Source: Squalus acanthias
Taxonomy: Eukaryota
NCBI GenBank assembly: GCA_030390025.1
Contig: CM059432.1
Coordinates: forward strand, 116,066,001 to 116,130,000
Reading direction: 5' to 3'
DNA: 64,000 nucleotides
Shown here: positions 38,244 through 50,326 of the stretch, piece after piece
Layout: every line of letters starts with the position of its first letter
How positions within the stretch are numbered: the stretch's first letter is position 1
Notes under the pieces: model-generated
The model's input: the letters and a program-made list of their open reading frames with translations, nothing else
The model's database searches: none
What the model was told of the DNA's origin: nothing
Translations under genes and position numbers: made by a program

Positions 38244-38839
38244 ATCCGTGGCCACCAGTTCACGCGCTGCATTTTGTGAAGAACCAAAGGCGACATGAGG
38301 AAGCACTTTTTTTACACATTGTTGTGATCTGGAATGCACTGACTGAAATATTCAATAGTAACTTTCAAAAGGAAATTGGATAAATGCTTGAAGGGGGGGG
38401 GGAAAATTAAAGAGCTTCGGGAAAGAACAGGGGAGTGGGATTAATCATATGGCCCGGAATTTGCGATTACCGAAGAGCCGGCACAGGCACAGTGGGCTGA
38501 ACGGTCTCCTTCTGCGCTGTGCCCTGCTACGATTCTAAGTCTAACCAGTAAAATAAAAAAAGTTAACACTGCAACCGAATTAGTTTCGCTTTGGAGAGCT
38601 TGGCAGGGTTTGTGGAGCAGGGGCTGCCTGGCCACCTTGAGCTGTGGTAACGTTGGCAGTGAGAATGGGGACCCAATCCTCTTTAAACACCCCCACCCGG
38701 GGGGCCATCATCACCCTATAGCCGGCACCAAAGACACTGCAACTTTGCTTTCTCTTTCTCAGTGTGTGTGTGCACCGATTTAATTTAAGGGTGCAGCAAC
38801 CCAAAGGTGATCTCCTCCAAAGGCGCATTACTAAGAGGA

Positions 38840-39020
38840 AGCCAGGGCTGCTCGCCCGCTACTCACCCAACGTTCCAAATCCGAACGCTGCCCGGTGAAA
38901 TGGAACGCCGTCCTTCCGCAACAATGCCGTGATTGACAGATGGCGGAGGCCACTCTCTGCTCGCCAGCCTCAGCAACCACCGGGAGCTGCTGCAGGCACT
39001 TCCTGGCCGGGAAGGTGTTT
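38840..39020 (-). promoter_or_regulatory. Candidate CNDP2 promoter and non-coding first exon (donor GG|GTGAGT, exon ending at 38867)
   Basis: Non-repetitive, CpG-retaining patch with a consensus minus-strand donor, a YY1-like GATGGCGG and ETS-like motifs. Coding exon 1 has an acceptor, so an upstream exon is required. Placement is inferred. Confidence 0.4.
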
Positions 39021-39995
39021 TTGGAAGCAAGAAAACGCCCCAAAGCATTGCATGTTTCTTTTGTGCAAGTGAGAAGAATAAGGCTATGTGAGATCGCATT
39101 CAGTTTTTAAAAAAAATCCGATCTCTTTTAATGCATCTGGCTTGTTGGAGGGCAATAAAGTGCTCCCCTACCGACCTCCCACTTGCTGTGCCAGAATTTC
39201 TCTTCCCCCCACCCCACCCCCCAAGTCCTGAACACTCTCACTGTAATGTCATCCACATGACCCCCCCCCCCCCCCGCCCCCCCAACTCACCCTAGCGTCT
39301 GGAATCACATCTCGCCTGTGAGGTTTACTTCTGCTGCCTTGATCCCATTCCCACTAAATATTGACCACCCAACTTCCCCTGCCGGCACCTATGCTGCCTG
39401 ATATTGCAAACAGATGCTAGCTGATATTGCAAACAGTTCCCATTCCTTAGGCACTGACTTCTCCCTTTCAAAACCACCTTCATCACCCCTTCCATCAAAA
39501 AAACCCACCCTCCACCTCTCTGTCCTTACTAAGTACCATCCCATGTTCAGCTTCCCTTTTCTCTCCAAGGTCCTTGAATAGTGTTGTTGCCTCCCATCTG
39601 TCCCACAACTCCCACGTTTGGATCCCTCCGATCAGGTTTCTGACCCTCCCACTAAAATTGCTCTAAGCAAAGTCAGCAACTATGTTCTCTGTGATTGTGA
39701 CCGTTGTACATTACTCTTCCTTGGCCTCTGCAGACTTCAGCCATCCACTTCCAGCTCAATTGATTCATTGTCCAGCTCCACTGATTCATTGTCCAGCTCT
39801 ATGGGACTGCTGTTGCTTGGTTCCACTTTTACTTATACAATTGTAGCCACAGTATCTCTAGCAATGGCTTCTCACCCCTGTCACTGTCAGCACTGTCACT
39901 TCCAGAGTTCCTCAAGTAAATTTTCTTTGAAACTGAAACTATACTGTACCGAGAATAGGTGGCACACAGGTACGTTCATTTTGTTTATCCTGGGA

Positions 39996-41435
39996 TGTAA
40001 CCAAATCTATATTGGACCATGTAAGATTCTCAAAATTCACAGATCCCCCAAAGCTAGAAGAAAACCCTAAGGAAAATTACTTTGAACTCTTTCTAACAAG
40101 CTTCAGGATGATAAAACACGCATTGGGACAGAGGGAGATTCAAGGTCGGAAACCAAGATTTGGCATTTTTAAAAGACATGTTGGGCCTGTAAATGGAGAA
40201 AAGGCTGCAACAGGGAATGGGATCAACCTCTAAAGACAGTTTGGGTATTGGAGTAAATCAAATTGTCTGGGGAACTGTGTGACCTCACTCAGCCCCTATC
40301 AGACATTAACATCCTAACAATCGACCCACGGAGGAGCAGTCCCCACCCAAAGCACAGGACCCATCCAAAATATGCATAATGCAAATCACCTCGCCAACCT
40401 ACATAGAAATCTCGGGCTCAGACAGGAGACTCGAAACCTGAGTATAGCTATGACAATTCACTAGGAGCTCAACAGCTCATTGAATAATCAGTACAGCATC
40501 CCGAAACCATTTTACACATTTCTAATCAAGTTACCATTAACGAGCCCGCCCAAATCAAACAATAAACCGGGACTGATTTGGCGCGCAGATTAGAAGGTCC
40601 CTCAAAGTATAATTAAGGCCTGTTTTCTCAAGAAGACAGTTCTCTCTAGAAGCAACACACAAGAAGAAACCGGAGCATCGAGACGGGGCAGCATTCTACC
40701 GTACACCCAAGTTCAACAGCTTCAGTGACCCAGGACATCATCGGACACATCGCAGTAACAAGAGCCTTACGAAACTACCAACAAAATATTACCACCAACC
40801 AACCTGGTAATATCGAGCCACCGCAACCAAAGAAACACAACTCAGGAGAAAACCGAAGATTCGAAAGTTTTCCACTCTACAATCTATTCCTGACTTACCC
40901 CCAGGTAAGATTTTTACTTAAAAGGAACTCTAAACCCTATCTCTACAGAAGGAAAGTGGGTACTCACCCCATAAATCCAAAACACACCCTACCGCATCAG
41001 CGGACTCGCGAAGACTGACCAGCAGTCGAAGTCCTCTACTGCATCCGGGGTACGGCAGACACCGACCAACACATCCAGCGAACCCCGAAACCGCGAACCA
41101 GCTCAACTGTCAAGGATTCGTTTGGTGAGCATTATCCCTGGTCCTCTAGAGTTCAACTTAGCTAAGAAGTGGGATCGGGAGGGGTGAGGTATTCTCTACT
41201 GTATTTCCCTCGTATGTATTAAAATGTTCCCCATTTTTATTAGAGTATAAGATTGTTGTGTTGTATTTTCTTTCTTGAATAAAGATCAAAGTTTCTTGCA
41301 CCAAAACCAGTTGTCTGCTGCACTTTTGTCACAACCCCCAAATAAGCCCAAGGTCTAGAATCAAGGGAGTGGGAGCGATTCGAACCGCTCATAAGTCAAT
41401 GGTGAGGCTGACCCACACACCACCCCCTACAACCA
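39996..41435 (+). mobile_element. Probable solo LTR (~1.44 kb)
   Basis: TG...CA ends flanked by a 5-bp TGGGA duplication (39991-39995 and 41436-41440); AATAAA at ~41278; no long ORF; composition distinct from the flanks. Confidence 0.5.
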
Positions 41436-42778
41436 TGGGAGTTCCCTAATGTAAACATGGCAGGGTAATCATAACTTTTCTCTTTCGTGTCCACCCCAAT
41501 CCATTCCAACTCTGTCTTTTGATAATTGCTTTTAAAGGTTAAAATAATTCTGCCTATTATTGTACGACTATCAGGCTGCACATCAACCATTAGGACAGAC
41601 GGTTTCACATTCCTGAGTTGATGCATTTGTTTATCTGAAGATTTAAATGGTTTTGTTTTGAAGATCAGGATAGAATGATTTCCTTAAACAACAAAATCAT
41701 AACAAGGTTGTAAGATGTCAAAGCTTACAGCCCACTACTACGTTTCCTTGGCCCATCGTATTAATCTATCTGGGCCAAAATACCAAAGCATACTTCTATC
41801 AGAGCATTCACACTCAACAGGATTAGTGTTCGTGTGACACTAAAAGCGCTTTGCTAAACTTGGAGCGGAATTCGGGTGTGAAAGCCTGAACTGACTTTAA
41901 AGCAAAGTGGAATAAGATTCCACCTCCAAGGATTCTCATTCCAATTCGTTCCAATGTTAGGCAGAGCCCCGACACTGGCCTCAGGCAAATTTACTCTTTA
42001 ACTGCAGCATTTGTGCAAGAAAACCAGTTTTCTAGTACAGGGTACACCTAGATTATAAGGTTGGTTACATTATGCTAAGAACACAAACCATGTACAAATA
42101 GATTGGAATTGAATGCATGCTGGCGAAATTACATACAATTCTAGGTCCGAACACCCTTCCCTTGCTGACCTACATTGCCTCCAATTTAACATTCTCATCC
42201 TTGTGTTTAAATCCCTCTATGACCTCACCCCTCCCGATCTCCAGCCCTACAACTCCCACCCATGAATTTTCCTTTCATCCCAACATTGGCGGCTGTGCCT
42301 TCAATTGCCCAGGTCTCACTGTGTGTAATTCCCTCCATAAACCCCTAACCTTTCCAGTTCCCTCTCCTTCTTTAAGATCCTCCTTTTGACCAAGCTTTTG
42401 GTAACCTAAACTCTCCTTTGGCTCGGTGTCCATTTTTCCTTACACCTGTGTGAAGCGCCTTAGGATTACACAGGATTACACAGGATATACAGCACAGAAA
42501 CAGGCCCAACCAGTCCGTGCAGCCGTTTATGCTTCACTCGCGCCTCCTCCCGTCTTTCATCATCTAACTCCTCTATTCCCTTCTCCCTCATATGCTAATC
42601 TAGCCTCCCCTTAAATGCATCTATACTATTCACTTCAACCACTCCCTGTGGCAGCGATTTCCACATTCTCACCACTCTCTGGGTAAAGAAGTTCCTTCTG
42701 AATTCCCTGTTTGATTTCTTGGGAACTATCTTGTATTGATGGCCTCTAGTTTTTCTCTTCCCCACAAGTAGAAACACT

Positions 42779-43623
42779 GGGCTGGATTTTGAAGTTGGAG
42801 TCGTGTTGGGGTCGGGAATCACACATTCTGGCTTGTGAACCCGCCTCCATCGAGATGTGGCCAACCCACGGTATTTTCCCTTGATTGACCTTGTTGAGCC
42901 CGCCCAGTGGGCTCAGCAGGCCAATTAAGGGCCACCCGGCAACAGGTGACGTCACAGACTGACATTTCATCTGTCAAGAGCTTTTGACAGATGAAATATC
43001 AGCGTTTGACAGCTCTGTGAAGCTGTCAAACACTCACAATATGATTTCTAACTTCAGTCCTTCCTCTCAGGCTGAGTTAGAAATCATTCCAGCACAGAAA
43101 ACAGAAGGCTGCAGGTTTTGACAGAACCACGGCTTTCCTGCTTTCTGTGCCGGTGAGATTTCTAACTCCCGAGAACTGAAGGGCTGACACCTGCAGGAGG
43201 AAGTTAAGGTAAGTAAAACTTTTTCCCACACTTAGCACTTACCTTACACACTTACCTCTGCACACATGCACCCATCACTCACCTGCCCACCGGACATATC
43301 GACCCCTCCAACCCCTGCAGACCCACGGCCCGCCCCGATAACTTGGAGTGGTTGTCACCTGTCGGGAAGCCCACACTTTTCTTTTTAAAATAGGGATTAG
43401 GCAAAAAACTGCCTGTTAACTACCTGTTAACAGGCAGTTAATTGTCACTAATCCCTTCCCGCCTCGGGGAGTCGGGTCTCAGACCAGGTCGGGTACCCGC
43501 CGCCATAGAAACCTGGCATGGAGGTGGGTTGGAGTCGGGATGGGGTCGGGACCCCCGAATCTGCAACTTTAACCCCCCACACACCTCAAAACTCGACTCC
43601 ACGGGTCATTGAAAATCCAGCCC
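42779..43623. mobile_element. 845-bp MITE inserted in a CR1 3' fragment (~42470-43720)
   Basis: Perfect 12-bp TIR GGGCTGGATTTT / AAAATCCAGCCC; 3-bp TSD ACT (42776-42778 and 43624-43626); CR1 continues across the site. Confidence 0.85.
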
Positions 43624-43789
43624 ACTGTCTCTGTATCCACTCTATCAAAACCTTTCATAATTTTAAAGACCTCTATTAGGTCACTAAGAGAAAAGAGCCC
43701 CAGCCTGTTCATCCTTTCCTGATAGGCTTGAGCACAGAGCTTGGAGACAGAGCTGGGAGATCGCAAACGGAGTGGATTGCAAGCAGAGT

Positions 43790-44883
43790 GGAGGAATCGG
43801 GGGGGAAAACTCTCCACTGGCTGGAGTCATACCTAGCACAAAGGAAGATGGTTGTGGTGGTTGGAGGTCAATCATCACAGCCCCAGGACATCGCTGCAGG
43901 TGTTCCTCAGGAGAGTGTCTTGGCCCAACCATCTTCAGCTGCTTCATCAATGACCTTCCCTCCATCATAAGGTCAGAAGTGGGGGTGTTCGCTGATGACT
44001 GCACAGTGTTCAGTGCCATTCGCAACTCCTCAGATAATGAAGCAGTCCATGCCTGCATGCAGCAAGACCTGGCCGACATTCAGGCTTGGGCTGATAAGTG
44101 ACAGGTAACATTCGCGCCACACAAGTACCAGGCAATGACAATCTCCAAAAAAAAGCAAGCGTCTAATCACCGCCCTTTGACATTCAACGGCATTACCATC
44201 GCCGAATCCTCCACCATCAATATCCTGGGGGGTCACCATTGATCAGTAACTTAACTGGACCAGCCACATAAATACTGTGGCAACAAGAGCAGGGCATTCT
44301 GCAGCAAGTGTCTCACCTCCTGACTCCCCAAAGTCTTTCCACCATCTACAAGGCACAAGTCAGGAGTGTGATGGAATACTCTCCACTTGCCTGGATGAGT
44401 GCAGCTCCAACAACACTCAAGAAGCTCAACACCATCCAAGTAAAAGCAGTCTGTTGATTGGCACCCCATCCACCACCTTAAACATTCACTCCCTCCACCA
44501 CCGGCGTACCGTGGCTGCAGTGTGTACCATCAGAAGATGCACTGCAGCAACTCGCCAAGGCTTCTTTGGCAGCACCTCCCAAACCCGCGACCTCTACCAC
44601 CTAGATGGACAAGGGCAGCAGGCGCATGGGAACACCATCACCTCCAAGGTCCCCTCCAAGTCACACACCATCCTGACTTGGAAGTATATCGCCATTCCTT
44701 CATCGTCGCTAGGTCAAAATCCTGGAACTCCCTCCCTAACAGCACTGTGGGAGTACCTTCACCACATGGACTGCAGCGGTTCAAGAAGGCAGCTCACCAC
44801 CACCTTCTCAAGGGCAACTAGGTATGGGCGATAAATGCTGGCGTTGCCAGCGACGTTCACATCCCATGAACGAATAAAAAAAA
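43790..44883 (+). mobile_element. LINE family B, RT core to 3' end
   Basis: AGVPQ, LGPTIFSCFINDL, GVFADD; AATAAAAAAAA tail. Confidence 0.88.
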
Positions 44884-46820
44884 GTGAGAACCAGGCTGAA
44901 TATAGAAAGTTCAGAGGGGAAGTGAAAAAGGAAATAAGAGGGGCAAAGAGAGAAAATTAGAATAGATTGGCAGCTAACATAAAAGAGAATCCAGAAGTCT
45001 TCTATTGGCATATAAATAGTAATTGGGTAGTAAGTAGGTGGGGCCGATCAGAGACCAAAATGGAGATCTACGCATGGAGGCAGAGGGTATGGCTGAGGTA
45101 CTAAATGAGTACTTTGCATCTGTCTTTACCAAGGATGAAGATGCTGCCAAAGTCATAGTGAAAGAAGAGGTAATTGAGATACTGGATGGGAAAAAAATTG
45201 ATAAGGAGGAGGTACTAGAAAGGCTAGCTGTACTTAAAGTAGATAAGTCACCAGGACCGGATGGGTTGCATCCTAGGATGCTGAGGGAAGTAAAGGTGGA
45301 AATTGCGGAGGTACGCCATAATCTTCCAATCCTCCTTAGATATGGGGGTGGTGCCAAAGGACTGGAGAATTGCAAATGTTACACCCTTGTTCAAAAAAGG
45401 GTGTAAGGATAAACCCAGCAACTACAGGCCAGTCAGTTTAACCTCGGTAGTGGGGAAGCTTTAAAAACGATAATCCGGGACAAATTAACAGTCACTTGGA
45501 CAAGTCTGGATTAATTAAGGAAAGCCAGCACGGATTTGTCAAAGGCAAATCGTGTTTAACTAACTTGATTGAGTTTTTTGATGAGGTAACAGAGAGAGTT
45601 GATGAGGGTAATGCAGTTGAAGTGCTCTACATGGACTTCCAAAAGGTGTTTGATAAAGTACCATATAATAGGCTTGCCAGCAAAGTTGAAGCCCATGGAA
45701 TAAAAGGGACAGTGGCAGCATGGATATAAAATTGGCTAAGTGACAGGAAACAGAGAGTAGTGGTGAATGGTTGTTTTTCGGACTGGAGGAAGGTATACAG
45801 TGGTGTTCCCCAGGGGTCGGTTCTAGGACCACTGCTTTTCTTGATATATATTAATGACTTAGACGTGGGTGTATAGGGCACAATTTCAAAATTTGCAGAT
45901 GCCACAAAACTTGGAAGTATAGTGAACAGTGAGGAGGATAGTGATGGACTTCAAGAAGACATAGACAGGCTGGTGGAATGGACGGACACGTGGCAGATGA
46001 AATTTAACGCAGAAAAGTGCGAAGTGATACATTTTGGTAGGAAGAACGAGGAGAGGCAATATAAACTAAAGGGTACAATCCTAAAGGGGGTGCATGAACA
46101 GAGAGACCTGGGGGTATGTGTGCACAAATCGTTGAAGGTGACAGGGCAGGTTGAAAAAGCGGTTAAAAAAGCATACGGGTTTCTGGGCTTCATAAATAGA
46201 GGTATAGAGTCCAAAAGCAAGGAAGTTATGATGAACCTTTATAAAACACTGGTTTGGCCTCAACTGGAGTATTGTGTCCAATTCTGGGCACCGCACTTTT
46301 GGAAGGATGTGAAGGCCTTAGAGAGGGTGCAGAAAAGATTTACGAGAATGATTCCAGGGATGAGGGACTTCAGTTATGTGGATAGACTGGAGAAGCTGGG
46401 GTTGTTCTCCTTAGAGCAGAGAAGGTTGAGAGGAGATTTGATAGAGATGTTCAAAATCAGGAGGGGTCTAGACAGAGTAGATAGAGAGAAACTATTCCCA
46501 TTGGCGGAAGGGTGGAGAACCAGAGGACACAGATTTAAGGTGATTGGCAGAAGAACCAAAGGCGACATGAGAAAAATCTATTTTATGCAGCGAGTGGTTA
46601 GGATCTGGAATGCACTGCCTGAAAGGGTGGTGGAGGCAGATTCAATTGTGGCTTTCAAAAGGGAATTGGATAAGTACCTGAGGGGAAAACATTTGCAGGG
46701 CTATGGGGAAAGGGCGGGGCAGTGGGACTAGCTGAAGTGCTCTTGCAGAGAGCCGGCACGGGCTCGATGGGCCGAATGGCCTCCTTCTGCGCTGTAACCA
46801 TTCTATGATTCTACGATTCT
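44884..46820 (+). mobile_element. CR1 LINE, ~1.9 kb of ORF2 (RT), disrupted
   Basis: [39 protein letters not shown]; open 269-aa C-terminus 45922-46731; (ATTCTATG)n tail. Confidence 0.93.
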
Positions 46821-46824
46821 ATAT

Positions 46825-47352
46825 GTATACCCTCGCATTTCTGGTATCATCCTTGTAAATCTTTTTTGCACCCTCTCCATTGCCTCTATATCCTTTTTAT
46901 AATATGGCGACCAGAATTGCACACAGTACTACTCCAAGTGTGGTCTAAACAAGGTTCGATACACATTTAGCATAACTTCTCTACTTTTCAATTCAATCAC
47001 TCTAGAAATAAACCCTAGCGCTTGGTTTGCTTTTTTTATGGCCTTGTTAACCTGTGTCACTACTTTCAGTGATTTGTGTATTTGTGCTCCGAGATCCCTT
47101 TGGTCATCTACCCCACTTAGATTCTTATTTTCCAAGTAATATGTGACCTCCCCATTTTTCTTACAAAAATGTAACACCTCACATTTATCTGTGTTGCATT
47201 TCATTTGCCAATTATATGCCCATTCTTCAAGTTTATTAATGTCTTCCTGTAATTTGTTGCAGTCCTCCTCAGTATTGACTATCCCCCCAATTTTGGTGTC
47301 ATCTGCAAATTTAGAAATTGTGTTTTTGATTCCAAAGTCTAAATCGTTAATA
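46825..47352 (-). mobile_element. CR1 LINE fragment
   Basis: KFADDTKIGG, KCEVLHF, RPHLE remnants. Confidence 0.85.
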
Positions 47353-47641
47353 TGTTAGGATGTTTCGCTGTGTCAAAAGCACTCTATAGCTGCAAGTTGC
47401 TGTTGTTGATGAATCTCCTAACATTCCCCACTGTTGATAGCTGTGAAACATGTTATTAATGATAATGAAAACTAGTGTGGCGTGCTCACGACGAATTGGA
47501 GATTACGCTGTCGCAAGGGGGGGGGCAGGGGAATGGTGCACATTTCTGCCGAAAGGGTTTGGAAAAAAGTTTTTGCAAGATGTGCCTAGAGATGTGCAAA
47601 GTGAAGCATGTGCTCTTTGATCATAGTATAGATCATAAATA

Positions 47642-47747
47642 AGGGGTAATTTTCCGAGTTGGCACTGTTGGCAGGGAACCTTGTCCAATGTGCACGGCTG
47701 TCAGATGAGGCTCCCTGCTAGCAGCGACAACTCGGAAAATCAGCCTT
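47642..47747. mobile_element. Small MITE-like inverted repeat (~105 bp)
   Basis: AATTTTCCGAGTTG ... CAACTCGGAAAAT arms. Confidence 0.5.
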
Positions 47748-49016
47748 ATAGTGCCCCCCCTTACACATTGCAAGTAGATAAGTAGAGAACTGTTATGTTA
47801 CCTTTGGATTAGGGAAATAAATTTGTTGCCCACAGTTACCTAAAAGATTATGCACGTGGGGGATGGGGGAGGAAGGGTGGCTTGGGGGAAAAGAGCAGCT
47901 CGAGGGGGAAGAGTTAGTGGGGGACAAAGACAATTCAGGACTATGTGGCTGCATTAGAGGAACGGGTAATGTAGAAGCAAGGAGTTAGTTAACTTGTACA
48001 ATGAGCATATAACTAAAAAGGATGTGAGCTTAACAAGCCTCTAGCAAGAGAATTAATCCCCGACACCTCCCTCAAAAGTTGTGTATATGTGGAAAGGAAT
48101 CCCAGATAAGGCAGTTAATATTCTGTTTGACTGAAGTGGAGCGAAAGTCTAGCAAAGTATTCCTACATTTAATAGAGAAAAATTATATCCTTACCAGAAT
48201 TTGATTTGAATTTTCAACAAACATCAATGATTTTGCTTGTCTGGAGGTTTGAGAGGTCAGGCATCTCTCCCCAGCTAGGCAGCTGAGTGATGCTCCTGAC
48301 TGAGAGTATCCCGCTGCTTACCAGAGTGCCTCCTTAGAAACTAGAGGGTTGTAGTTGTAGTTGTAGAGTGGCCTGAGAGCAGCACCAAAGGCATGGCATT
48401 TAGTGAAATCGGCCCTGGATGCAAAATACCTAGTAAGTAAGAATATAGCATTTTTCTTTAAAAAAATAGCAAATCAGATTTTTCTTATTATTTTTGCTTA
48501 TAAAATGGAAAGTACTTTGAACAAAACATACTCCCATAGATTTTCTTTCTTCTTAACATCCTTAAAAAAGACAGCTCCCTCAATGACTCAATTGACAAAT
48601 GCTCTGCTCTCTGTGGAACTGAGCCAAACCAAGATTCATTCTCAGTCTGCGCGGAATTAGCTGATGATGGTTGGCGTGTTGATTGAGGTGCTCCAACAGA
48701 CCTTAGGTTAGGCTTTAGGTTAGGGAGGTGAATAAAATCAGAGAGCGGTCCCTCTCCTCATTGCTATCAGTGATTTCTGCTGGAAAACATGTTTGTGGAC
48801 ATTGGATGATGATAGGATTTTTCTTGGTTGTGATGCCCCCTTGCTATGACTGACTAGTCTGCCAACACTCAGGCCTGAATTACACCATATGAATGCTTAA
48901 CATGCCTGCCCAAAATTCCTTCCTTCACTATTTAGTGAATATGTTTCCCTAATTATAATAAATAGGTTAGAACCGCCACTAAAAGAGCAGAGAGAAGAAT
49001 TCCAGAGGAACACAGT

Positions 49017-49733
49017 GGGGATAATTTTAACCTAAAAAACGGGTGGGTTGGGGGCGTGGGGGAAGTGTTAAAAATCAGAATCCCGACCTGAACCCGCCTC
49101 CAACCCGCCAACTTCCGGCTTTAATGGAGGCGGGATGGGGTCGGGCAGCCAACCCGCTCCCAGGAGACGGGTCGTCTATTTAAGTATTATAATGAGGCTG
49201 GAAGCTTCTGCTTTAACCTCCATTTTCAATTTAACATTAGCTGGTCAAGTTTTGCAGGCCTCATGAAACGCACCAGCTAATGCAAGGCGAGGACTACTGG
49301 ATCCAGGAGGATCGGAGATCCCCCCACGATGCCTCCGATTCACCCCCTCCAGGCTTCTGATCCGACACCCCCATCCCCCATTCCATGCTGGCCCGGCCCC
49401 CAATCCTTACCCAACCACACCCCCCATCCCCCTCCATGCTGGTCCCGGCCTTCGATCTTCACCTGAACCAACCCCCCCCCCCCCGGTTCCTCTGGCCCTC
49501 CCCGTGCTCCTCCCTTCCTCCCTCTCAGTGGCCTAGTGCCACAGGCCTACCTGCCTGGAGCCAGCCAGCCTCTCAATCTGGCTGGCTGCAGGTGGCAAAC
49601 AGAGGTTTCCCATGCAAATCAGGCCCTGCCATTAAATTCAGCAGGGCTTGTGAGAAATCCGGTCTCCTGGGTTTCCCAACCACTTCGGAGCGCCCCCCAC
49701 TCCCAACTCGCCTTCCCCATTAAAATGCAGCCA
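49017..49733. mobile_element. MITE-like element
   Basis: Termini GGGGATAATTTTAA / TTAAAATGCAGCC; internal AACCCGCC motifs like those in 42779-43623. Confidence 0.45.
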
Positions 49734-49917
49734 ATTAAGAATCAAACAGCCTAATTTCAAGGTCTCAGTGTCTACATGTCTAAATACTCTGGGGGGAGGG
49801 GTGGGAGCATGGGAGCAATGGGCAAGAGGCAGCTAGCACCTGTGGAACCAAATCCAAGCATGAAGCAGCACTTCCACTCTCTAAATTGCTGGATGAATTG
49901 AGGGATAACAGGATATT

Positions 49918-50318
49918 TTTTTATTCATTCACTGGATGTGGGTGTCACTGGCAAGGCCAGTATTTATTGCCCATCCCTAATTGCCCTTGAGAAGGTGGTG
50001 GTGAGCCACCTTATTGAACCGCTGCAGTCTGTGTGGTGAAGGTACTCCCACCGTGCTGTTAGGGATGGAGTTCCAGGGTTTTGACCCAGCGACGATGAAG
50101 GAACGCGATCTATTTTCAAGTCAGGATGGTGTGTGACTTGGAGGGGATCTTGGAGGTGATGGTGTTCCCATGCACCTGCTGCCCTTGTCCTTCTAGGTGG
50201 TAGATGTCACTGGTTTGGGAGGTGCTGTCGAAGAAGCCTTGGTGAGTTGCTGCAGTGCATCTTGTAGATGGTACACACTGCAGACATGGTACACCGGTGG
50301 TAGAGGGAGTGAATGTTT
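49918..50318 (-). mobile_element. LINE family B 3' fragment
   Basis: Same 3' terminus as 56515-57031. Confidence 0.8.
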
Positions 50319-50326
50319 CAGAGAAG

